Of a DNA stretch of 64,000 bases, positions 36,640-52,047 are shown one piece after another. Positions within the stretch are counted from its first letter, which is position 1. Each line of letters starts with the position of its first letter. The stretch covers positions 44,020,001-44,084,000 of the forward strand of contig OX597820.1 of the NCBI GenBank assembly GCA_951406725.2, read 5' to 3'. The notes beneath the pieces were generated by a model. It was not told the origin of the DNA. It did not search any database and saw nothing but the letters and a program-made list of their open reading frames with translations. The position numbers and the translations under genes are program-made. The stretch comes from Octopus vulgaris. Its lineage: Eukaryota.

Positions 36640-37230
36640 ACTATAACTGGGATGAAGCGACGGATTTCTTGGATTGATTATCGGGGATAGCTTTAAGAGG
36701 AACTTAATAGAAAATTCCCAAGTGTTTACCTGAATCATAACTATAATCACCAATCTAAATACTGTCAATACCTTGGGCATTACTTTAGATCCCCAAGACA
36801 GGCAAATATTACCGCCACAGAAAAGCAACCAACGAGAAGACAGTTTACATTCATAGTAAGTCCAATCACCTACAGCTATTATTAAGACAGAGTATCCACA
36901 GTTATTAGATGCATCTCAAATTTATCCACAGATAGGGATTGCTCTAAGAGAATTACATTTCATTACGAACAGGCGTTATCAAGAAGTTTTAGTAAGAAGT
37001 TACTATACATTAAAGATCTTCCATACTAGTCCGACTTCCGAAGACAATTAGCAAAAGAAAACAATTTAATACAGTATTCCATGCAACATAAAAGCAAGTA
37101 GCAAATAAATTTCTATCCCTTATTAGACACCATTCCATTTTCAGTCATATATATATATATCGCAACAGTTTAACATACATAACGTTAAAATTGCATGGCG
37201 TCCAAAGCCGATAATAGAAAAAGGTATAAA
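36640..37230 (+). mobile_element. Highly decayed Penelope-like RT fragment
   Basis: ITIITNLNTVNTLGITLDPKTGKYYRHRK..NEKTVYIHSKSNH...ISNLS...YEQAL is homologous to 19066-19440. Confidence 0.75.
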
Positions 37231-37886
37231 TCTTTACAACCACTAGTCTAGGAACCGACGTGGAATTGATGGAACAATCAACCTACCCACTCCGGTGATT
37301 CTGTCTGTCTAGCGCAGAATTTTATAGATCGACTCTCACAGCATGCGATATCATCTTGGTGATTTACATGAGATGCACTCTTTTGAATCCAGAACCAAGG
37401 AAATCACTTCAACCTTCCTATCCGATTTGGTCCAGAGACTTCGAGAGCATAACATAACAGGGGCTATCCTTAGGTCTGTCTGCCAAACTGTACATAGAAA
37501 GTACTGTATTCGTTAAGAGGAAGGCTGAAATTTCATACAACTATCATTAACGGACCTCGCTATTAATTTTATATCATTAGTTAATCGCACTGTTCTATAA
37601 TTTCCACCAAAATTCTCCAGTAATTCTGCTGGAATTCCTACTGAAATTAAGAGAAACTACTCTTATCAATTACATGTGAGATGTTCCCCATTCCGTACTG
37701 CTTATTGTTGACCAGTGTTTCATTACGGACTTGGATGGGCTAATATTAACGAGCTTTATCCAATTTCAAAAGGTGTTCTGTGAGACGGCTAGCGACCTCA
37801 GATTTGTAGGTGTAGTATCGGAAGGATTATTGACGTGAATTTGTGTTGAAATAAATTTTGTTGAGTCTTGGCAAGGTCGTTACACC

Positions 37887-37930
<44 letters not shown>

Positions 37931-38744
37931 TAATAAACACGTACTGGATGTTTATTATTATTATTGGTGTATTGGTGTAATGCGCCTCCCAAGGCTCGTG
38001 TTTGTGTGTGTGTGTGCGTGCGTGCGTGCACGAAGCAAACTTTTGTAGAGATTCGACACGCTCATACGTTACTCATACGGTTAAAATTAAGAGACGTAGA
38101 ACTTCTTAGTAGCTACATCTGCTAAGAAAAGTAGCAGCTAAATCTGCCTCGAACCACATCTTATCATCCAAAACAGGGAACGACAAGGTGGGTAACAACA
38201 GCCTTAGAGAAATACGATGTATTGTTCATAACTAACTCAGTTATCATCATAACCCGTTCTATCAGGGATGACCGTTAGATGAGTGAAAAGAATAGCATCA
38301 TAAAGAACATTATTACGCTGCTTCTTTCATTTTTCTTTTTTTGCGTTTTTCCTGCTATTGACATTTATCATTTTATTCTAAAACAATGTAGAAAGTTCTA
38401 ACAATGGAAAGAGGAGAATATCTAAACATTAAGCGATATACAAAACAATGAAGAGAATTAAAATATATAAAAGACAATTTAGACTATTTAGAAAATGAAT
38501 ATAATCTTTAGCCTATCAAAGAGAGAGAGGGGGTTGGGAGGCAAACACAAACGTACAAACACTACATATACACACATCTTAGCGCACACGCACACACACT
38601 CATGTATGCACATATATGTGTACAGCTTATAATAAATACTTATATATATATATATAGATATAGATATACACACACAAATATATATATATATTACAAATAT
38701 ATTTGTGAATGTATGCATGTATGCAAACATACATATACATACAT

Positions 38745-38955
<211 letters not shown>

Positions 38956-39239
38956 CGTAGCAGTATGTGTGTGTTCTCTGCTACTTTTAATTATTAGACA
39001 TCTTCCTATAGGAAGGAGCCAGTTTCAAAGATACAACACTCCATCATGAGAATACATTCGCATTTTGAACTTCAGGAAAGCTTTGCATACTTTTACTATT
39101 CCGCTAACAGACTGTATTTGTCCTAGTGAGCTAGGACTTTTTTTTTTATCATGTTGATGAATTTCCAACTGGCGATGTTCTAACATCGGTTTGATTATTT
39201 TGCTTCTAATAATGTACTTATAAAACCTATCTAAAACAG

Positions 39240-39874
39240 AGTGCTCCATAGAGAGTGCTTTTACGCCAACAAAGATATTAGCAAATTCAAAACGATTTCT
39301 TGCTCATTTTCGCACCGAGGCGTGTTATACTGCCGAAATGTTACGCTGAAATGATTGTTGTCTCGTCTGTCTGAAGCTGGCCGTTCTGCCGACCTCCCTG
39401 AACAGGGAGGAGCGAGCCTGTTTTCTCTTGGTAGTTGCTGTTGTGAAAGAGATAGTATGGAAGACGAGAGTGAAAGGAATTGCAACGGGCATATTCATCT
39501 CCAGTCTCGAGCTAATCAACTTTTTCGTTTTCCACATGAAACGGAAAATAAGGCTGGAAAAGAAATGCCTATTGCAAAGAGTGTTTCGTAAAAGATGGAA
39601 GTCTATAGCAAATATGTTGCGAGGAAAGAACCTGTTTAAACGAGAATATAAAAAGGAGAAAGCAAAGTCTTCAGTGTGAGTATGTGGTTTGTGGGGTCGA
39701 CCGCGTCCTCCGCTTCATTTTTTATAAATCACTCATTCTCATTTAATTGTATATATTTTAATTGTTTGTTTATTCATACGTTTCGTCTCATTCGATACCC
39801 TGACCCCAATGTTTGTTTTCTCTGTCCTCGTATCGTCCCCTCTTTTTCTCAACCTCATGGTTAATAAAGAAATT
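39240..39874 (+). mobile_element. Tx1/L1-clade LINE 3' fragment (third copy, diverged)
   Basis: VVAVVKEIVWKTRVKGIATGIFISSLELINFFVFHMKRKIRLEKKCLLQRVFRKRWK aligns with the copy 2 C-terminus VVAIAKDAVRKTRIK..KTGNFISG...HLKRKL...FQKRWK. Ends AATAAAGAAATT. Confidence 0.8.
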
Positions 39875-40276
39875 AACTGATGAAGGAAGCTGCCGTTTGG
39901 TTTGCAGAAACGAGACCTCTAGTTACGTGGGGTTTTTTCTGAGTTATTCATTTTGTTCTTTGCCCTCCAAGTGGAAAATTTCCACAGCTTTGAATTTCTT
40001 CACTTTTAGTTATTTATTGATTACTTCGTATTACAATGTAGCACATTACATCGGGCGAGCGTGCGCTGGATTCAGCGCATACAACCATGCATCCATACAC
40101 GAATGATTACATACATACATGAACTATAAAAATCAGCAAGACCTTCTTAAGATGTAAAGATTGATGATCAAAACAACATACTTTCCCTCACAACCATACT
40201 ACCGAGTAGATAGTTGGTCAAAATTTGCTCTAAAATTAGAAAGAGAAAGAGTACATACATATATACATACATACAT

Positions 40277-40658
40277 GGAAGCACTCCGTCGGTTACGACA
40301 ACGAGGGTTCCGGTTGATCCGAATCAACGGAACAGCCTGCTCGTGAAATTAACGTGTAAGTGGCTGAGCACTCCACAGACACGTGTACCCTTAACGTAGT
40401 TCTCGGGGATATTCAGCATGACACAGAGTGTGACAAGGCCGGCCCTTTGAAATACAGGTACAACAGAAACAGGAAGTAAGAGTGAGAGAAAGTTGTGGTG
40501 AAAGAGTACAGCAGGGACCACTACAATCCCCTGCCGGAGCATCGTGGAGCTTTAGGTGTTTTCGCTCAATAAACACTCACAACGCCTGGTCTGGGAATCG
40601 AAACCGCGATCCTATGACCGCGAGTCCGCTGCCCTAACCACTGGGCCATTGCGCCTCC
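40277..40658 (-). mobile_element. SINE family C, full length
   Basis: tRNA-like head GGAGGCGCAATGGCCCAGTGGTTAGGGCAGCGGACTCGCGGTC...GGTTTCGATTCCC; second copy at 1092. Confidence 0.9.
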
Positions 40659-41257
40659 ATATTAATTTTGTGTGTGTATGTGTGTATACTTTGTTCGTTA
40701 ATCGTGAAGCAGTTTTTGTTCTTTTTTTTTTCCTTTTTCCGAAACATCGAAGAAGTGCATGGGGCAAAAAAACGTTGATCATACATACATACATACATAC
40801 ATACATACATACATACATACATACATACATACATACATACATACATACGTGTAATTATATAAGCTGATCTAAATCAAAACCAGTAAGTAAAATGAAATTT
40901 TCTTTCTCCTGCAAAAATCTTTTGGCTACCATCTGCATTGCAGTTTCAGTAAAACTTTTTACGCGTTATCTTTTTTATATGAAAACTTTTTTATACAAAA
41001 TCTTTTTTATACGAAAACCTATTTTCTGCACGAAAACTTGTCAGTAATATGTGTGTGTAAACCTCACTTTGTGAAACCATACTAATGTTTTTACAATAAA
41101 ACTGTTATACGGAAATATCTTTATTTTGGTATATTTATATAGCTATATAATAGAAATATTTACCTTTTACGTTAAAAATACAGCTTGTTTTATTCAAATA
41201 TGTATAAATCTGGTGCATTCTGAACCCATTATTATTATTTCCATATGTGTGTGTGTT

Positions 41258-41312
<55 letters not shown>

Positions 41313-41531
41313 TTTCTCTAGTCTCCTATTTTCCACCCGTTTCGCTGTCTATCTGTTGTACTGTTGTGTGGTAGGTTAGCATATAAATGCATATTGGGCA
41401 TTCCATTATGAAAGACATGGTATGACTATTTTAGAAAGAAAGGGAAAATTTACAGTTTACAAGGAATAAAATTCCTTTTCTAAAGTTTATAAAGAATAAA
41501 ATATAATAAAATATAATAAAATATAATAATA

Positions 41532-41696
41532 GGCGCAGGAGTGGCTGTGTGGTAAGAGGCTTGTTTACCAACCACATGGTTCCGGGTTCAGTCCCACTGC
41601 GTGGCACCTTGGGCAAGTGTCTTTTACTATAGCCTCGGGCCGACCAAAGCCTTGTGAGTGGATTTGGTAGATGGAAACTGAAAGAAGCCCGTCATA

Positions 41697-41766
<70 letters not shown>

Positions 41767-41995
41767 CGTGTGTGTGTGTTTGTGTGTCTGTGTTTGTCCC
41801 CCTAGCATTGCTTGACAACCGATGCTGGTGTGCTTATGTCCCGTTACTTAGCGGTTCGGTAAAAGAGACCGATAGAATAAGTACTGGGCTTACAAAAGAA
41901 TAAGTCTCGGGGTCGAGTTGCTCGATTAAAGGCGGTGCTCCTGCATGGCCGCAGTCAAATGACTGAAACAAGTAAAAGAGTAAAGAGAGTAAAGA
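41532..41995 (+). mobile_element. SINE family B, full length
   Basis: Same structure as the other copies. Confidence 0.92.
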
Positions 41996-43109
41996 GAGAG
42001 TAATAAAGGAGTAAATAGAAGAATAAAGAGTTAAGGTAGTTAGAAGAATACAGGCAAGAGAATAATGTTCACAATCCATCTTTTTCCAATGGATATGGAT
42101 GTTTGATCGGTAGTTCCATGAAGTTTACAAGTCCTTAGCTACAAGTCCAGTCAAATCCAGGCAGTATTTTGGCAGTATTTTGAATGGTTTATTCATATTG
42201 TAAATGTGTATATAGAGCGAGAAAGTAAGGTAGACATAAATTAGTTTTGTGAGTGGGTATACATGGTAGAGAGAGGAGAAAGAGAGAGAGAGAGAAGAGA
42301 GGGAGGGGAGAAAGGAATGAAAGTAAAATAGGGATAAAAGGGTAAATACATAAGAAAAAAATTAAAATAAAATAAAAGTAAAGGTAATGATAGAGATATC
42401 ATAAGTTTTCTGAGCGGGTGTATATGGAAGAGGGATGAGAAATGGAATAAAAATAATATAGGGATATATGAGTAAAAATAAGAATAAAAATATAATAAAA
42501 GTAAACGTAATGATAGAGATATGTCAGTATTGTATCGGGGTGAGAGGTCAAACATTAAAGTTTCAGTAATGAGGGAGTTACAAAGAACGATATTATAGTG
42601 GATAGTACTGATATTTAGAATTATATTTCAAGCTTAATAGCATTTAAATGATACGAGATAAAGTATTAAGAATTAGATTTAAAACTTAAAATTAAAAATT
42701 AAAAGATTAAAAATTAAAACTTAAGCTTAAAATTACAAACTAAGAAAAATAAAACCTAAAAACTACAAAAACTAAAAACTTTGAAATGAAACTAGCTTCT
42801 AAGATACTTATGTCGATAGAGAAGTAAAAGAAAAGAAAGCCTAGCTATCGTCTAAGATGCTTGTGTTGATGGAGAGGTAGAAAAAATAGAAGAAATCGTA
42901 CACTCTCGCACACACAATCACACATATACATACATATACATACACATATATACATACATATATACATGCACATAGATATATACATACACATATATGTATG
43001 CACACACATGAGCGCACATACACACACCCACATATTCACACACATACATACATATATATATATTGTAACGACGGTGGATGGATGTGTTATGCGTTTTGAT
43101 TTTGTTTGC

Positions 43110-43570
43110 ATTTGGACAAATGGAAGAATTTAAAGGTGTGATAGAACCTATGACAACATGTAGAAAAATCCTCGTGTTGTTTATTTAGTAATTGCGGGGA
43201 ATTATGCATTAATATTTCGGGGGCTTATTTTAGGCATAGTCCACAAGTAGATCGCTGGCCTTTGTATGGGACTCCGGAATTTATAATGGCTCATGATATC
43301 CTTTATGGTACCGTTCTGTTTATTAGAAGGTGTGTATAGTTGGCTAGGTAGGCAGATTTGCAATGCTCATCATACTTAAATGAGTTTATATGTGCAGAAT
43401 ATATGATAAATCCGATATGATAGTAGAATTACGCAATATGTTGTGGACCGTGCATTTGTATATCACGTTAAACCTTCTGCAGTGGGCTTGCAACGGGCAT
43501 TCGGATCGGGAATTGCAGTTATCTGTCCTACGAGTATTATTAGTGGAAAGAGAAGATGTAGTACTATTTA
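43110..43570 (-). mobile_element. Penelope-like (Neptune-type) GIY-YIG region, decayed
   Basis: NCNSRSECPLQAHCRRFNVIYKCTV...AIINSGVPYKGQRSTCGLCL...LLNKQHEDFSTCCH. Confidence 0.8.
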
Positions 43571-43986
43571 TGGTGAAATTAAAATTAAGGATGTTATTAG
43601 GGGATTGGATCGTATTATTATTGTTGTTGTTGTTTTATTATTATTATTGCTATTACTGTTATTAGTAATAGTAATGTTTTTATTATTAATTATATTAGTA
43701 TTAGTAGTAGTGGTGGTAGTGGTCGTATTAGAGTTATTAATATTAGTATTAATGGTGTTGCTATTAGTATCTAAATGAGTTGAGATACTGGTTCTGCCTT
43801 TATTTTTGATTTTTCTTCTAATATAATATATACCTGCTATAACGAAACCCTGATACGGATCCCTTGATCCAGCCTTTGCTGTGGTCTTGAAACCCATCGG
43901 TCGACGAACTATAGCGCTTACTCAACGTACTATTCGTGTAGAAGTGAACTAAACTCCTTATTATATATATATATATATATATACAC

Positions 43987-44140
43987 GTTAGGCTTCTTTT
44001 AGGTTCGGTCTCCCAAATCCACTCACAAGGCGTTGGTTGGCCCGAGGCTATAGTAGAAGACACTTCCTCAAGGTGCCACGCAGTGGGACTGAACCCCGAG
44101 CTATGTGCTTGGAAAACAAATATCTTCCCACACAGCCACG
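43987..44140 (-). mobile_element. SINE family B 5' half
   Basis: Head and CORE-like region on the minus strand. Confidence 0.85.
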
Positions 44141-44912
44141 CGTGTGTGAGTGTAACGTTCTCTACATCGTCCAGACAACCATTGAAGAGCGTTGATCTAA
44201 AGCGGTTACAGAGGAAAATTGTCGGCCAAGATTCTGTACGATACCATCAACCATCGAACCCGGAAGCGTCTGGTTTCGAAGCGAACATTCTAATCACACG
44301 ATCATGCCAGAGATTTTAAAACCTAAGTTGACTCAAATCATGAAGAATACGAACAACGTTCTTCCAGCCCTGACGATTTCACTTTTAGGGACATAATTGA
44401 TTAATGACTATGACGTTCCAAATGGCTCTCTTTTTCAAGATGTAGCCTGGACTTGGAAAGAGATTTTGCCATTATGTTGTTGCTGCTGTTCCTGATGCTA
44501 CAGTTGGTGCTGGTACTACTGTTGCTGCTCTCGGCTAAACTTTAGTTGAGAAGACCTATGGACAATGAGATCAAATTCGATAGCTATAATTATTACTAAG
44601 ACACGTACTAGACCTGAAATTCAGTAGAAGTGGTTAGACGATGAAATTGTCCCAGTATTTGACAGAGTAAAGTTAACCTGGTAGGATTTGAACTGAGAAC
44701 ATAAAATGCGGCAAATGTATCTTGAATGATTGAACAGAGAATAGTAGTAGAATGAGGGAGCGAGTGAATACAAGAGGATAGCTAGACGCTGTAAAAATTA
44801 AACCTACCAATAATGCAGCAAATTGCCGACATATTCGACAATAGACTTATAAGTTATCATACAAATATGGAAAAACTTTATATCTAAGCGTATGTATCTG
44901 CCTATCGATAGC

Positions 44913-45180
<268 letters not shown>

Positions 45181-46507
45181 CAGGTTTTTCAGCGGACACA
45201 AGGTATGATTTCGTGTACACTGGACGGTGAAATTATCTCGATAATATTGAATATAATGCTAACGCATGGTCATAAATTCGTGGGAATTTGTGTTGAATGG
45301 ACATTGTTGATCCTGGGTAATTTATAGGTACTTTATACCATGTTGACCTCCAAAGAGAAGAGAAACGAATTACGGTGATAAGATTTGAACTCAGAACATA
45401 AAGTAATTGAATATCGCAACGAATTCTGGTTCTGGTGCGCCACCGATTTTACTAAAACACAACGGTGGCTATATTCTTGGAAGTTTAGCGAAAACAGTAG
45501 AGCTTTGTGTAAAATAGTTTACCGTATTCATTTAGTCATTTTATGTTCAGAATTGAAAACCTGCCTAGCCTGAGGTACATAAAATGGATTATATTCTTGG
45601 AGACAGTACTCCACAATGTACACACAACAAAGATTGAAACCAATGTGAGAACGAAAGAAAGATATTCACTCTTTCTCTATGCATGCATGCATGTATGTAT
45701 GTGTCTATTTATCTATCTATCTATCTATCTATCTATATCTATCTCTCTATTATATTCACGACGGAATATACAAAGCATCACCAAAAAAAAAGAAAATTCT
45801 CCCGCTGTATGATGTATTTGATCGCGGCACCGACAGATTTAAACTTTAAAAGCTCTCCTGTCTCCGATCCTCGCTAACACTCTACGTTGATGGGATATTA
45901 TAAAAACAAGTGTCACTATAAAAATAAATAGGCGGAAAATATTTTTAATGGGTTGGACAGACTCTCAAAAGCTTATGACTCAGCGGCATTCGTACGGCTT
46001 TGTGCAAGCGTGAATCTTGCTGACATTAATGAGGAAGTTATAGATTCTTGCTTTAATTTATAATTTTCGAGAGGAAACTGAGCTATTTCGCGCTAGTGAT
46101 ATGCATACACATATACACATATATCAGTACACTCACACACACACACACAAACAGACACACACATACACACACATACATACACACACACACACGCATACAT
46201 GTTTGTGTATCTTTATGTGAAAATATGTGTATGCACAGACAGAGATTGTGTGAGAGACAAAGAGAGAAGGAGAGGAACTGCGAATAATAGAGAAGATAAT
46301 TATACAGCTGACAGCACATACTAACAGAAAATAACGCATAAATATAATATATAGTTACACACGCACTCGCAGACGCGAACACGCACACGCTAACACTTAC
46401 TAATATGTGCGCACATACATTATTTTTGTATCTGTCTCAGTCAATCTCGTCTCTTTATTTGTCACATAGCACTCTCATGCTCAGAAACTCCCATGTATAT
46501 ATGTATG

Positions 46508-46599
<92 letters not shown>

Positions 46600-46712
46600 A
46601 ACACAGACATGCAGATATGTGTGCAATTGTACGATATGCAGGCATGTGGCAATATATATCTATGACATGCATAATGCACAGCTACACACATTGATGCATA
46701 ATTATATGTATG

Positions 46713-46772
<60 letters not shown>

Positions 46773-46856
46773 CATATATATATACACGCACACATACATA
46801 ATATAGATACATAATATGTACATATGTGGGTATCTTTGTGGTGCGTGAATACGACT

Positions 46857-46897
<41 letters not shown>

Positions 46898-47024
46898 TGT
46901 ATATATGTATGTATACACACACAGACAGATAGATAGATAGATAGATAAACTTGCATATATATATATATATATATGCATATATATATGTACATATATATAT
47001 GTATATATATATATATATATATAT

Positions 47025-47105
<81 letters not shown>

Positions 47106-47889
47106 CATACATATATATATTCGCAGAACGCTACTTCCATAAATAGGCAATTATCAGTCAATAGTTGTATTAGCAGAGGTGTAATTTGAAGAAATATGTT
47201 TCCTGACCATAATTGATCATAATAAACCTGATTGTTTCTTCTATTTATTATGTTACTTTAATTCTTATTTATTTATTTATTCATTTTGCGAGCGTGTGTG
47301 TGTGTATTTGTTTGTATGTGTTGTGTGTGTATGAATGTGTCTCTGAAAGTGAATATGAGTTGGGTTTTTTTGTTACTTGCTTTCCTTATTTCTCTGTCTC
47401 TCACTCTCTCTGTGTCTCGCTGTGTGTGTATGTGTCTCTCTCTCACTCTCTCTTTCTCTCCATCTCTCTCTTTCTCTCCCTCTCTCTCTCTTTCTCTCCC
47501 TCTTTCTTTCTCTTGCGCGGGGCTCCTTTTCTTTGTCTGCATGCATATGTGTGCATCCTTGGTTTCCTGTGTTTTAATACTTGCAGTTATATAAAACACA
47601 TGACTACACACATTCACGCATTAAGTTCGCATAAAGACAGGCATGCAGACGCACACGTTTATATACATACACACACACACAGACACACTCACATACATAC
47701 ATACAAACACATGCACAACCATACACATACACATGCATATATACTTATATACAAACATCTATATATACATATACATGTGAATGCATGCATATACAAATAC
47801 GCATTTATAAATTTATGCATATATATATGTATTTATATATGTATATATGTATAACTGTATATATATGCGCATATATATATGCATGCGTG

Positions 47890-47928
<39 letters not shown>

Positions 47929-47965
47929 TCACACAAATATCCATATATGTATCTATATATACATT

Positions 47966-48012
<47 letters not shown>

Positions 48013-48320
48013 GTGCAGGACATATACATATTTCACACACCCCACACTCACACACACACATACACACACACACACACCAATCAATGAATAGATGAAGTTG
48101 TAAACCGTCTGCTTAGCAGATAAAGATGGATATGAACATATTCGAAAATGGACGAAATGAAATCAGTTGTGAGAAAACTAATTCAAGTCCAGCGTTCATT
48201 GTTTTTATTATGTTATTTGAGAGTAACATACTTTTCTGTATGAAAATAATTGATGGGGGGAAGGAAGGTATAGGTGAGTGAGTGAGTGAGTGTTGAGCAG
48301 ACCGGAGTGCCTAAGTGAAT

Positions 48321-48361
<41 letters not shown>

Positions 48362-48471
48362 CAAGAGAAAGAGAGAGAGAAAGCGAGAGAGACGTGAATG
48401 AATGCGAGAACTTGTGTATGTTTGTGTATGAATGGTAATTGAGTGCGTAAATGTTTCTGTGAATCTATGTT

Positions 48472-48504
<33 letters not shown>

Positions 48505-48532
48505 ATGTGTGTGTATGTATATATATATATGT

Positions 48533-48589
<57 letters not shown>

Positions 48590-48719
48590 GGACTAGATAG
48601 ACTGACAGACAGAAAAATAGACAGACATACAGTCAGACAGATGAGTGTGCGTTAGATGATCTAAGTGTATGTATGTGTATGTATGAGAGAAATGAGCGGG
48701 TGAACGTTTGTATGAGTAA

Positions 48720-48803
<84 letters not shown>

Positions 48804-49120
48804 GGGATGAGTTAGTGTATGTTTGTGAATGAGAAGAGAGGCTAAAAAGAGGGGGGTGAACGAAAGTGTGAATGTGTATGTATGTGTTTGAAAGAAAGAT
48901 GTGTGTGAGCTACGAACGAAGATTTGAATGATTGTATGCATGTCAAAGAGAGAAAGAGAGAGGGGAGAGAGAGAGATATTGGTTGAATGAGAGGGCTGTG
49001 GAAGTTCTGAATAAGTGCGGCAGAGAGGAAAGGAGAGCGGGGAAAATGGCGAAGGACAGTGAAGGGAAGGTGTTTCTGTGTGTAACTGAACGAATCTTTA
49101 GTAAGTGAATGCCTAAATGA

Positions 49121-49164
<44 letters not shown>

Positions 49165-49363
49165 GGAAGGAATGAGCGAGAAAGAGAGTAAATGACAGGA
49201 AAAGTTGAATGAGTACGTGGTTAAATGAGTAACTGAGGTTGAAACAAATGCGTGCGAATGTGTGCGTGTATGCGTGATTGTGTGTGTTGTTTTGAGTGTT
49301 TGTATGTATTCAATGTACCTGTACATATGTGTTTGCGTGTATATGAGCGTGTGTGTGTGTGTA

Positions 49364-49400
<37 letters not shown>

Positions 49401-49714
49401 AATGTGTGAATGTGCGTGCAATTGAATGAAGTAAGGTGTGAAGACTGGAATGAGTGTGTGTGTGTGTGTGTGTGTGTCTCTCTCGCCGTATGAGTGAAAG
49501 AGAAAGAGAGAGAGGGGGAGGTTGAGAGGCGGATAATGAGTGCATGGAAGAATGAACGTCTCAATGAATGAGTATTTGTGTATTTGCAGGGATGTGTGAT
49601 GTGAGAGGGAGTAGTGGGAGATGAACTGGTATGTGATCGAATGAATTATCGAGCGAAGGTGTGAATGTATGTTTGTGTGTGCGTGTGAGTGTTAACGTGT
49701 GAGTGTGTATGTGT

Positions 49715-49757
<43 letters not shown>

Positions 49758-49789
49758 AGAGAGAAAAGGTGAATAACTGTGTGATGAGT

Positions 49790-50345
49790 GACAGAGTGAG
49801 TGAGTGAGTGAGTGTGTGAATTAGAGTGTGAGTGAGCGTGTTAAGGAATGAGAGAAATCAGAATAAGTGTGCGGCTGTTGTGAGAGTGAATGAGTGAGTG
49901 AGGGTGTGAACGTTTGTATGAGTGAGTGAGTGAGTGAGTGAGAGAGTGTGTAAGCGAATGAGTGAAAGTTAGGATGAGTGTGCATCTGCTGTGAGAGTGA
50001 GTGAGAGAGTGAGTGAGTGAGTGAGTGAGTGAGTGAGTGAGTGTTTGAATGAGAGCGTGATTGAGCGTGTGAGCGAATGAGTGAAATCAGAATAAGTGTG
50101 CGTCTATTGTGAGAGTGAGTGAATGAGAGAGTGAGTGTTCGAGAGAGTGAATGAGTGAGTGAATGAGTGAGCGAAGTCAGGATAAGTGTGCGTCTGCTGC
50201 GGGAGTGAATGAGTGAGTGAGTGAAAGAGTGAGCAAGTGTGTGAGTGAGAGAAAGAGTGAGTGAAAGTGTGAGCGAACGAGTGAGTGAGTTAAGTTTCGA
50301 TTGATTATGGTCTGGTGTGAGAGTGAGGGATGAATGAATGAGTGA
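49790..50345. repeat. (GAGT)n tract with higher-order repeat
   Basis: Motif GAAATCAGAATAAGTGTGCG.CT..TG.GAGAGTGA recurs near 49854, 49965, 50083 and 50173. Confidence 0.8.
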
Positions 50346-51376
50346 CAAAAAGAGTGAAAGTGTATGTGATGAAGGAACTGGTAAAGTATGAATGAATATG
50401 CGTCAATGTGTGCGAGAGAGGGAGTGAATGAGTATGAGAGAGAGACGGTGATAAGAATGAGTACAATGAAGGGTGCGAGGGAGTAATGGTCTTGATAAGT
50501 ATGTTTGTGTAAGAGAAAGAGAAGGGAAGGGAGAGAGAATGAAAGAATGTGTGATTGTTGTTGTTGTAGATGAGCCCTAGGTTAGTCTTGTTAGATGTAA
50601 ACTATTCTATGATCATATATCATTACAGCCATGACCACTACGCCGGTTGTTCTTCTATATCTAGAATAGTGGACCATTGACATTATTCAATTCTTTGTTT
50701 TCAAAGAGGTTTTGGTTGTTATTTCTAGTAAATCGATTGACCTCATAAAGGCTCCCTTTTCAATGAAATGGTGAGAATGTAAAAGCCGAAAGCACACCTG
50801 AGCAAGTTTTTTGAGAATCGGGCCGCATGAGACATAGCTCATCATTTGGGGAACTGCACTATTAAACAAAATTCAAGGTAATTTTTCGTTCGGAAAGTCC
50901 CAAGGGATGCGGTTTGCTCTGACTGACCTAAAGGAATGTTTGCATAACAGAAAAAGAAAGAAAGAAGGAGACGGTTTAAAAAGAGTTGATGAGTGAAGAT
51001 GGGAACCGCGTGTGGAGTGGGGAGGAGAAAGCGAGAGAGATTAGAGAATGAATGACTGAGTGTTGGTATAAATGAATGTCTGGGTGTTTGGAAAACTGTA
51101 AAGGTGAGTGTGAGAATGAGTGTGAGTGTGGATGAGTAAAAATATAAGAATGCTGTGTGAAAGTGTGTTAGTTGCTGTTATTGAATGGACGCGCATATGC
51201 ATATGAGTATGTGTATATTGCTGTATATATATATGTGTATGCGTGCATATATTAGTATGTGTGTATATACATCTGCATGTATGTGTGTGTTTGTGTGTGT
51301 GTGCGCGCGCTTGCATACGTGTGTGGGGGGTGTTGGTATATACTTGTATATGTATGTTTATATACATCTGTGTAAA

Positions 51377-51446
51377 GGCGCATGGCTCAGAGGTTAGAGC
51401 GTCGGGCTCACAATCATGAGGTGGCGAGTTCGAATCTCGGACCAGG
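51377..51446 (+). mobile_element. tRNA-like SINE head fragment
   Basis: TGGCTCAGAGGTTAGAGCG...GAGTTCGAATCTC. The acceptor stem does not close, so this is not a tRNA gene. Confidence 0.65.
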
Positions 51447-51520
51447 TAGCCAGAGACGAAATTCTACAGCTGCTGACCCTTAAGCTGGAGTCAGCAACTA
51501 TATTTTCTTTGATTTACATA

Positions 51521-51736
51521 CGAGAGGAGGCTTAAAAGTTCCTGGCTTTGGGTAAAGGAAAATACAGGAGAATCAATTGATTATGGTTATATTCAACATA
51601 TAATCCTCTCGGATTCACACACTTATTACAATGGTCCTTCAGTTTTTCTGAATACTGTAAAAGAACTCAGAAGGTTGGGCCACCAACCAGGCCTTTTGCA
51701 ACACCCTTCAAGCCAGGAACCTTTCAGCACACTTTA
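51521..51736. mobile_element. Mariner-type MITE
   Basis: Imperfect TIRs sharing GCT.AAA.GTTCCTGGCTT, with TA at both flanks and no coding capacity. Confidence 0.7.
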
Positions 51737-51744
51737 TACGGATA

Positions 51745-51984
51745 AGGCGGCGAGCTGGCAGAGTCGTTAGCACGCCGGTCAAAATGCATAGCGGCATTCG
51801 TCTGTCTTCTCGTTCTGAGTTCAAATTCTGCCAGTTTGGCTTTATCTTTCATCCTTTCGAGCGTCTATAAAATAAGTACCATTGGGGTACTTGGGATACC
51901 CCATTGGGGTACACACTGGGACCGATGTGACCGACTTACCCGCTACACCGAACTTGCTGGCTTTGTGCCAAAATTTGAAACCAA
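51745..51984 (+). mobile_element. SINE family A single unit with a third tail type (tail C)
   Basis: Head, core, and tail TTGCTGGCTTTGTGCCAAAATTTGAAACC. Confidence 0.8.
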
Positions 51985-52047
51985 TTTACAGATAGATAAA
52001 TGCAAATTAAGCAGCTGATGTTGGATTAATTTTAATAATTAAACATA

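Noticed and set aside
40585-40658. Possible tRNA genes here and at 51377, 26626 and the SINE-B heads
   Set aside because: Acceptor stems do not close, and most continue into SINE bodies.
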